Shown one piece after another: positions 20,501-28,300 of a DNA stretch of 64,000 nt. The first letter of the stretch is position 1, and every line of letters starts with the position of its first letter. Location: the IMG/VR virus record IMGVR_UViG_3300020281_000010; one strand, given 5' to 3'. Source of the stretch: a virus. The notes beneath the pieces are model-generated. The model was not told the DNA's origin, searched no databases, and was given only the letters and a program-made list of their open reading frames with translations. Made by a program: the position numbers and the translations under genes.

Positions 20501-23500
20501 TTGCTGCACAATCTTATGTTGGTATTGACTATGGTAAGATCCCTTCATTCACAGAGAATGGTGTAACAAAAGAACTTAGAGATGTTCTTGATTTCAGACC
20601 TGCTGTTACTCCTGTTCTTTCAGGATCTGGTACTGTTTCATCACCTTACTATGTAAACTGTGCATCACTTGACTTCAAAGACAGAGGATTCTCTTCTGGT
20701 GGTGTTGCAAACAATGCTACGGTTATTGATATTCCAAAACCAGAATCAGACTTCCGTTGTGACTACGATTATTTCTTAGGTAGAGTTGATAAACTATTCC
20801 TAACTGATCAGCAGCAATTCAAAGTTGTTAAAGGTATCTCTGGCGAAGGTCAGGAACTTCCTTCTGATCTGGATAATGCAATGTTGCTTGCAACATTCTT
20901 CCACAAACCATACGGTTACAGTCCTGCTGATGTAAGAATCTCTAGAGAAAACAACCGTCGTTTCACAATGCGTGACATCGGTAAGATTGAGAAGAGAGTT
21001 GATAACCTTGAATATTATACATCTCTCAATATGCTTGAGATGGAAACTGCATCTTTCTCTGTTAAGGATGCTGATGGTTTTGATAAGTTCAAGAATGGAT
21101 TCCTAGTTGACAACTTCTCATCATTTGATTCTGCTGAAACTAGACACGAAGACTTTGCTTGTGCTCTTGACTTCTCTGAAGGTATCTTGAGAGCATCTCA
21201 CTATACAACAAACGTATCTCTTGAGTATAACGATACCGCTTCTGCAGGTATTACTAATCACTCAGTTGGTACACTGACTCTTCCATATAATGAAATTCAG
21301 TTTATTGTTCAACCATATGCATCACGAGTTGAGAATGTAAACCCATTCAACGTGTTTGCTTACATTGGTAGATTGGATCTATTCCCATCATCTGATGACT
21401 GGGTGTCAGAAGAGAGAGAACCTGATAGAGTTGTGAACATTGAAGGTGACTTTACTGCACAGGTTCAAGCACTTGGTGGTGATACCAATACAGGTTTTGT
21501 TCCTACACAGTGGAACTCTTGGAGAACTAACTGGTCTTCTAGCAGCACTTCTTCCTCTCAGCAGTTTATGAGAAGAGGTTCTTGGCCGTTTATCAGAAGA
21601 ATCTTTACCAATACTACTACCACTGTTTCATCGCAAGCAAGATCAGGTATTAGAACTAACGTTGTTCCTAGAATTGATCGTCAGTCTCTTGGTGATAGAG
21701 TTATTGAGCGTACAGTTATTCCGTTCATTAGATCAAGAAATATTGCATTTAAGATTCAGCGTCTGAAACCAAATACAAGATTCTATTCTTTCATCGATAA
21801 CGTTAATGTTAATTTCTACACAACGCCTCGATTGCTCGAAGTTATTAAGAATCCTGTTGATGATACAAGAACAAACAACACTCCTTTCGTTGTAGGAGAG
21901 ACTGCTGTTGGACAGACATCTGGATGTCATCTTAAGTTGATGGATCCTAATACTGGTTTTGATGACGATCTGAACCCTTATGATTCTAGTGAACTTCCTA
22001 GTTCCTATGCTTCAACAACTCCTCTCCTTAATATCGACACTAAGATTATGTCGGAGACAGTTGCAGGTGCATATTATGGTAACCCTCTAGAGGGTGAGAT
22101 CCTTGTTGGTCAAACTTCTGGTGCTCGTGCTGTTGTTAAAACTAAGCGTCTTGTTGCTAACACTAACGGTGACCTTGAAGGTATTATGTGGATTCCTAAT
22201 CCTGGCGTTGATACCAACCCAAGATTTGCTACAGGTACACGTGTTATCCGTCTTACAACTTCACCAACTGACTCTAGAGTTCCTGGTCAGGTTGACTCTG
22301 CTGCAAACGCAAACTACGTTGCATCTGGTGTTATCGAGACTAAACAGACAACTATCCTTGCTGTTAGAAACGCTGACGTTGTTAGAGATACCGTTACTCA
22401 AGACAGAACTGTTAACAGTGTAAGTACATCAGTTAGAGACACAGGTTGGTATGACCCTCTCGCTCAGTCCTTCTTGGTTGAGTCTAAGGGTGGTGCATTC
22501 TTGACAGGTTGTGAACTGTACTTTAATACTAAGGATGAGAGAATCCCAGTATCTGTACAGGTTAGAGAAATGGCAAATGGTTATCCAACAACTAAGGTTC
22601 TTGCATTCTCTGACGTTACACTTCTTCCTTCACAGGTCAATCTATCTGAGAACGGAACTGTATCTACAAGATTTACATTCCCATCACCTGTCTATGTAAC
22701 AGAGAACAGAGAATATTGTTTGGTTGTTCTTTCTGACTCCAACGAATACAAACTCTGGATCTCCAGAATGGGTGAAGACGATATTACAAACGATAGAACG
22801 ATCTCTGAGCAACCATATGCAGGTGTGCTCTTCAAATCACAGAACGCTTCTACTTGGACTGCTGACCAGTATGAGGATCTTAAGTTTATCCTTCATAAGG
22901 CAGAGTTCACACCAAACTCAACTGGTACTGCTGTATTCAATAACGCTGAACTTGCTATTGGTAACGGTGGTATTAGCAGATTGCGTCACAATCCTATCGA
23001 AACACTGAAACCACAACTTAAGATTATTCTTTCTGATCACGTTGCTAACTTTACTATCGGTGCTGAACTTACTCAGACTGATACAAACCCAGTTCCTTCT
23101 GCGATCGTTAGAGAAGTTGTTCAAGGTATTTCAGGTTCATCTAACGCTTACATCATTGTTGATGATGTCAACGGTGAATTTAGAGAAGGTGTTGCATCTG
23201 GACAAAACTATATCTACAGATTGGTATCATCTAGATCTATCGCTAACCTCACTCTAACTGGTGTCACAGGTACATTTACTGTTGACGAACCAGTTACGAA
23301 TGGTAGTGGTGCATCTGGTATGGTTACTGCTTGGAATGCAGGTACAGGTGTCTTGACTATTAAGTCAGTCACAGGTACATTTGCTGATGCTGATCCTATT
23401 ACTCAGACAATCCAAGCATCTACAACTGGTTCTGGTACTATCGGTTCATCTGGTGTCTCACTGAGTGGTGACGATATTAATGATTATGCTTCTGCTCCTA

Positions 23501-24807
23501 TCTCATACTTTAACAAAGCGACTGAAGTTACTATTCATCACGCTAACCACTGTATGCACGATGTTGCAAACAACGTGAAGATTGAAGGAGTTGTCTCTGA
23601 AGTTTCTCCAACAGTTATTGACTCTGCATACCATACAAATGGAATCACTGCATCTGATGGTGTGTCTGGTACTTTCCAGTTACACGTTGCTGATGCTGCT
23701 GCATTCCACACTCTTATCAATGGTGCTGCAGTTTCTACCAGTAACCCTGGTTATATTATTCTTCGCGATCCTGATGTTGGACAAAAACACTTTGAGATCG
23801 TCCAGTACAATGGCATCTCTAGTGATGGTAAGATCCTAACTCTACCTTCAGGTTCTCGTGGTCAGTCAGGAACTGCTGCTCTGGTCCACAATGCGAACAC
23901 TATTGTTGAGTGTTACAACCTTGATGGTATTCCATTGGTTGAAATCAACAAACTTCATACACAGATTGGTTCACCTACACTTGATACCTACAAGATTGCA
24001 GTTACATCTGTTTCTAGCAATGGTATTAGAAACGGTGGATCAGACGTTACAGCAACACAGAACGTCCAGTTTGAACAGTTCTATCCTCAGATTCAGATGA
24101 CTGTTTATCCTGAGACAGAAGTCAATCCTAGAATCAACGTTGTTTCAGCAACTTCTCTCTTAGATGGTAACAATACAAGCGAAGCATCATTCATTAATGA
24201 TGGTGTTTACATCGATTGTATTTCCAACGAAGACAACTACCTTGGATTCCCCAAGATGGTTTGTTCACAAGTCAACGAAGATGCCAAACTATCTGGTTCT
24301 AAGTCATTGGCATTCCAGTTGTTGTTGAGTACAACAAACGAAAACGTGTCACCTATCATTGACCGTGATCGTTGTTCACTCATTACAACTTCAAACAGAA
24401 TCAATGAAATCAATCCTGCTAACTCAAATGCTGAGGACAGAACAGGTGATTTGAATGCTGCTGTTTACATCTCCAAGGTTATGAACCTGCTTCAACCTGC
24501 TAACTCCTTGAGAGTTTCATTCGAAGCGTGGAGACACCCTGATACCGAAATTCACGTAATGTACCGTACGTTGCCTGTGGGCACCTCACTGACATTTGAC
24601 GAAATCGGTTATACATATTTTAACGGTAACGGTAAGGAAGACAAAACTGTTCCTAAGACAGAAGGTATTCTCTATCGTGACCTCGAATACACATTCGAAG
24701 GAACCGAGTTTAGTTCTGCACAGATCAAAATTATTATGACCTCTAAGAACCAAGCGTATGTTCCTGAACTCAAAAACCTTCGCGTAATGGCATTAAGTGA
24801 CCTCTGA
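17596..24807 (+). CDS. Large virion structural protein, VrlC/DUF4815-like
   Basis: N-terminus MPQNTNLNIAPYFDDFD...FYRVLFRPG.PIQARELTTLQS. Also LEYYTSL.MLE, FKNGFLVDNF, DPLAQSF and W...QYEDLKF, all typical of this T4-like family. 2403 aa, directly after g8. Confidence 0.8.
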   Translation: MPQNTNLNIAPYFDDFDKANNFYRVLFRPGYPIQARELTTLQSLMQNQIESFGTHMFKDGSMVIPGQIGYDLDAKAVILQGSFLGADVEQYRNQITGTIVEGLTTGIKAKVLFSISSTESERGYITLYVKYLTSGGTDSDTREFVNNEQLVCASEITYGSSLIEIGTPFAQLLPTNSTAVGSTASIANGVYFIRGHFVDVNEQTIILDQYTNNPSYRIGLEIFESIVTPEDDPSLNDNATGTSNYSAPGAHRFRIRTSLVKKVIDDDTDKNFIELLRIRRSAVESFVERSAYNELAKELARRTFDESGDYTVRDFDVRVREHYNDGANGGVYLPGEISPQGNAASTAHYAVEIGPGKAYVRGFESETLVPTFIDLMKPRDTLALQNSIIPFELGQYMLMNNVQGSPIINGNNITANYQVVEFRDQAQGSNLSSNGQIVALGRIAAFEYHSGTTVNATSTIFKAYVFDLQPLTIFKTDAAVTLTQGHVIRGRTSKAKAFVEADVSGGQMFKVYQVYGSFRNGEILERDGIEIGTLSDHFAFEVTDARSMIGRDPDTNNIRFAADLMMDSQVVILGTNFNVSSGGATGTLTGTQSNFTLDVRPNDVFTQNGVNSLTIDRISTASTNIDNKITTAITATYSSNNIPAGDYGFLVRLRPQIYDRETADLMIEMPKESINNISDESAIVARSFDDITVTGANDFTISLPADEQFLAYDKDHYQLVSLAPTPGTLIDIESSLAFNSTGTPRTSLTVSGLTGVTSCRLIASISKNQAEKKLKNATQMEVMKVERTSNSSDRVKYGLTYGSLYGTRIEDEEISLGSTDVYNIHAIYESTDNEAAQIPNLQMQDATIFKEGTIIEGQTSKAKARVVNFNAVSYVCHFVYENNNQFVLGETVRGFDANDEVINGLINDAEGSINGGSKNITDDFFLDPNQKGHFYDISKLVRYAGSTKPLRKLMIVFDRFTHEATGDYFAAQSYVGIDYGKIPSFTENGVTKELRDVLDFRPAVTPVLSGSGTVSSPYYVNCASLDFKDRGFSSGGVANNATVIDIPKPESDFRCDYDYFLGRVDKLFLTDQQQFKVVKGISGEGQELPSDLDNAMLLATFFHKPYGYSPADVRISRENNRRFTMRDIGKIEKRVDNLEYYTSLNMLEMETASFSVKDADGFDKFKNGFLVDNFSSFDSAETRHEDFACALDFSEGILRASHYTTNVSLEYNDTASAGITNHSVGTLTLPYNEIQFIVQPYASRVENVNPFNVFAYIGRLDLFPSSDDWVSEEREPDRVVNIEGDFTAQVQALGGDTNTGFVPTQWNSWRTNWSSSSTSSSQQFMRRGSWPFIRRIFTNTTTTVSSQARSGIRTNVVPRIDRQSLGDRVIERTVIPFIRSRNIAFKIQRLKPNTRFYSFIDNVNVNFYTTPRLLEVIKNPVDDTRTNNTPFVVGETAVGQTSGCHLKLMDPNTGFDDDLNPYDSSELPSSYASTTPLLNIDTKIMSETVAGAYYGNPLEGEILVGQTSGARAVVKTKRLVANTNGDLEGIMWIPNPGVDTNPRFATGTRVIRLTTSPTDSRVPGQVDSAANANYVASGVIETKQTTILAVRNADVVRDTVTQDRTVNSVSTSVRDTGWYDPLAQSFLVESKGGAFLTGCELYFNTKDERIPVSVQVREMANGYPTTKVLAFSDVTLLPSQVNLSENGTVSTRFTFPSPVYVTENREYCLVVLSDSNEYKLWISRMGEDDITNDRTISEQPYAGVLFKSQNASTWTADQYEDLKFILHKAEFTPNSTGTAVFNNAELAIGNGGISRLRHNPIETLKPQLKIILSDHVANFTIGAELTQTDTNPVPSAIVREVVQGISGSSNAYIIVDDVNGEFREGVASGQNYIYRLVSSRSIANLTLTGVTGTFTVDEPVTNGSGASGMVTAWNAGTGVLTIKSVTGTFADADPITQTIQASTTGSGTIGSSGVSLSGDDINDYASAPISYFNKATEVTIHHANHCMHDVANNVKIEGVVSEVSPTVIDSAYHTNGITASDGVSGTFQLHVADAAAFHTLINGAAVSTSNPGYIILRDPDVGQKHFEIVQYNGISSDGKILTLPSGSRGQSGTAALVHNANTIVECYNLDGIPLVEINKLHTQIGSPTLDTYKIAVTSVSSNGIRNGGSDVTATQNVQFEQFYPQIQMTVYPETEVNPRINVVSATSLLDGNNTSEASFINDGVYIDCISNEDNYLGFPKMVCSQVNEDAKLSGSKSLAFQLLLSTTNENVSPIIDRDRCSLITTSNRINEINPANSNAEDRTGDLNAAVYISKVMNLLQPANSLRVSFEAWRHPDTEIHVMYRTLPVGTSLTFDEIGYTYFNGNGKEDKTVPKTEGILYRDLEYTFEGTEFSSAQIKIIMTSKNQAYVPELKNLRVMALSDL

Positions 24808-25018
24808 TTACATTCCCGTTAAAGGTCATCCCGATTTAGTTCGGGATTCCACCTCTAAAGCGATACTAAATACAAAACCCACACCTCCTGGGACCGCTGC
24901 TAAGAAGCGGAAAAGGACGGATGAAACCATCGATAACTTGAAATCTGACGTAGATGTGCTAAAATCAGATATGTCGGAAATCAAATCCTTACTGAAAACA
25001 TTATTGGAGCAAAAGTAA
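24797..25018 (+). CDS. Small conserved-type hypothetical protein with C-terminal coiled coil
   Basis: GTG start overlapping the upstream stop. IPVKGHPDLVRD...AILNT followed by the heptad IDNLKSDVDVLKSDMSEIKSLL. Confidence 0.75.
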   Translation: MTSDYIPVKGHPDLVRDSTSKAILNTKPTPPGTAAKKRKRTDETIDNLKSDVDVLKSDMSEIKSLLKTLLEQK

Positions 25019-25245
25019 TGCCTGCAGATCAACCTGAATCAGTTGACCAAGATAAACTTCTTGGCGATTTTCAAGAACGCTATAAGCGTCTCATTGAAGA
25101 TAATCAAAGAATGGCGAAGATGATTCGCGCAAATGAACAACAAGCACTTAAACTTCAAGGTGCTATCGAAACTTTAGAATACTGCCTCGGTAAAGGAGAA
25201 GAAGCGGACACTGGACCCGAAGTGGATAACGTAGACGCTGCATAA
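25018..25245 (+). CDS. Small acidic coiled-coil hypothetical protein
   Basis: TAATG coupling to the upstream gene, heptad pattern, and a terminator directly downstream. Confidence 0.75.
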   Translation: MPADQPESVDQDKLLGDFQERYKRLIEDNQRMAKMIRANEQQALKLQGAIETLEYCLGKGEEADTGPEVDNVDAA

Positions 25246-25250
25246 ACCCT

Positions 25251-25271
25251 GGACCCGAAAGGGTCCTTTTT
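25251..25271 (+). terminator. Intrinsic terminator (GGACCC-GAAA-GGGTCC-TTTTT)
   Basis: Perfect 6-bp GC-rich stem with a GNRA loop and U-tract, just after the stop at 25245. Confidence 0.85.
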
Positions 25272-25278
25272 ATTTGCG

Positions 25279-25286
25279 TATAAATA
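25279..25286 (+). promoter_or_regulatory. gp55-dependent late promoter (TATAAATA)
   Basis: Exact T4 late consensus between the terminator and the fibre gene. Confidence 0.85.
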
Positions 25287-25336
25287 TCTGAGAGGCAGAC
25301 TATCTCCGTAATCGGATACCCCACGTGTGTTAAACA

Positions 25337-28300
25337 ATGGCAAATAGAATCCAACTAAGACGTGATGGTGCTCAGCAGTGGGCAAACATCAACCCAATCC
25401 TTGCACAAGGTGAACTTGGAATCGAAATCGATACTTCTCGTATCAAAATCGGTGACGGTGTTACCCCTTGGAACTCGCTGAAATATGAGCGACCATTGGA
25501 GACAGAATCCAATGCTGCAAATACTCTTGTAAAGAGGGACGCTGACGGTAACTTCCAAGCAGGTGCTGTTACTGCAACCCTTATTGGTAATGCCTCAACT
25601 GCCACTAGATTATCTAACGCACGTCAAATTCAACTTTCAGGTCAGGTTACTGGATCAGGTTCCTTTGATGGATCATCCAACTTGACATTGAACACAGACT
25701 TGTCACTTATGACGAGTTTGCCTCATTACGATCCTGCCAACCCTTCTGCTGAAGCACTTTATACAAGAGTTAGAGTTAACTCACAGGGTCGTGTGGTTGG
25801 TGCTGAACTTGCATCTACACTTTCTGACTATGGTATTACTGATGCTCAGGAATTGGATGATGACCTAACATCACTTGCTCAACTTACGAACGTTGGTATT
25901 CTTGTTCGTGCATCGCAAGGAAATATTCTTACCAGACAATTAACTGGTGGTGCAGGAAGAATTATATTCACAGTTCCTGACGGAACATCTCAAAACCCAT
26001 TCATCGACCTTGCAGATACTGCAGTGGTTGTTGGTTCATATAATACGGAATCCCTGACATCCGTCACTGGAAATGCCTCTAGTGAAACTGTTAATGCTAC
26101 TAAATTTACTGTAGACAGGTACGGTCGTTTGACCGCTGCCTTAACTGTGCCTATTGCTACCGCAACTGAGGGCACAAAGATGCCATCATATGATGCAGGT
26201 ACCTCGTATAGTAGATATGACATCATCACAAACGCATCGAAAGTTTACCAAGCACTTCAAGACCTTGGGAGTGGTCTTGGTGCTCCTACTCATACCTCTG
26301 GCGATAATGGAGGTTGGCGCTACCTCGCGGCTGAAGCGACGGAGCAGAAAGGACTGGCATCATTTGCACAGGAAGATTTCGACGTTGACAGCAACGGGCA
26401 CGTCACCATTGCCGCCGCAGCAGTTGACAATACACAACTTCAAAATAATGTAGTTGGATTTGCAGACGGAAATACTCTAGAAACATTTGAACTTGATAAC
26501 GAACTGACTGCCACATCAGGTTATCGTGGTTTCAACTATCTGAATTATGTTAAGGTTAATGATACTAGTGGCAACCTACTGTTTGGCGCTAATAATACAG
26601 GCGATGGTGGGTCTGGTGAGATTGATGTCAACGTCCGTTCCTATTTTTCTGATCCTGATATTACTCTTGATGGAACAGTTGATCAGACACTGGATAAGAC
26701 TGGAGATGGTAATCTAACATTCCAGACAACACAAGACTCTGCTTCAAATAGAAACCTCAGTATTCTTGCTACTAACGCAGGATCAGGAACTTCTAATGTA
26801 ATTATTACAGCAGAAGATACAGTACAGATCAGTGCATCTGATGCTGCAGGTAAGATTTGGATTGAAGATGCTAGAATTCAAGAGAACTATATTGCTACGA
26901 CTAACGCAACTCTTCACCTTGACCCTGGTGATGACAGAGCAAACTCAGGTACAGTTAGAGTTTGGGGTGATTTGCAGGTCGATGGAACTACAACAACTGT
27001 TAACAGCACGACTGTTACTATTGATGATCCTATCTTTACCCTTGGTGGAGACACTGCACCTGGATCTGACGATGGTCTAGATCGTGGTATTGAGTTCAAA
27101 TACTATGATACACAGGCAAGAGTTGGTTTCTTTGGATGGGATGAGGATCTAACACGTCTTGATTCTGGTACTGGTGGTTATGCATTCCTTTATAATGCAA
27201 CAAACAGCAGTGAAACATTTACTGGAACTGATGCTTATATCAAAGCAGGTGCTCTTTCTCTAACTACAAACACTGGATCTACATCAACTACCACAGGTAC
27301 ACTTGTAGTTACTGGTGGTTTTGGTCTTTCTGAGAATGCACATATCGGTGGTGAAGTAACCATCGCAGGTCAGACAGAAATTAATGACACTGTTATTATC
27401 AAATCTGATAACGAAGACTTTAAGATTCAGACTGGAGCAGGTGTAGATAAGTTTACAGTTGATACTGACACAGGTAACACAGTTATCGAAGGTACTCTTG
27501 ATGTACAACTAGAGACCAAAATTACTGATAACCTGATCGTTCAGGCGGACAATAAAAAGTTTGAGATTAAAACCGCAGGTGGTACATCTGTATTCGATAT
27601 TGATACAGATAATGGTAATGCACACAGTGATGGTACTCTTGATGTTGACGGTGGTGTCACATTCAACAGCACTCTTGATGTTGACAACAACACAACATTG
27701 AATGCTGAATTGGATGTTGATGGTAACTCAACCTTCCATAATAATATTCTTCTCGATACAACTGGTAAGACACTGACCATTACAAATGGTTCTGTCAATA
27801 AGTTCCAAGTTACTAGCACAAATGGTAACACTGATATTGAAGGAACTCTAAACGTTGCTCAGTTTGTATATCTTGAAGATAACGATACACCTACAATCTC
27901 TACTGACGGTAACAATAACTTTGTTATCAGTGGTGGTGACTACGGTGCATTTAGATTTGATGGTGGTGGTTACATTGAAGGAGATACTCTATTCAATAAT
28001 GACATCTATATCAACGGTGCTATCAACCAGAAAGACCAAGGTACTGCGACTGAAACATTCAGTACACAGAACTACTTGAGAGTACGATATAAGTTTAGAA
28101 CTGGTACAACTGCTGCATATACTCCTTCCTACGCTACACATAACAACTCTAACTTGAGAGTCTATGGTGGTGCAGGTATTGCTACTGATCTTCATATCGG
28201 TGACGATCTATACATCGGTAAACTTAACTCTGGTGATACTGTTGAGTTTAGTGTACTTGGTGAATCAGGTAACACTGAGATTGGTAGAACTGGACAGGGT

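Noticed and set aside
25337-25500. Mtd_N-like N-terminus suggesting a diversity-generating retroelement
   Set aside because: No reverse transcriptase, no template/variable repeat pair differing at adenines, and no C-type lectin C-terminus is visible. The domain is a common fibre attachment module.
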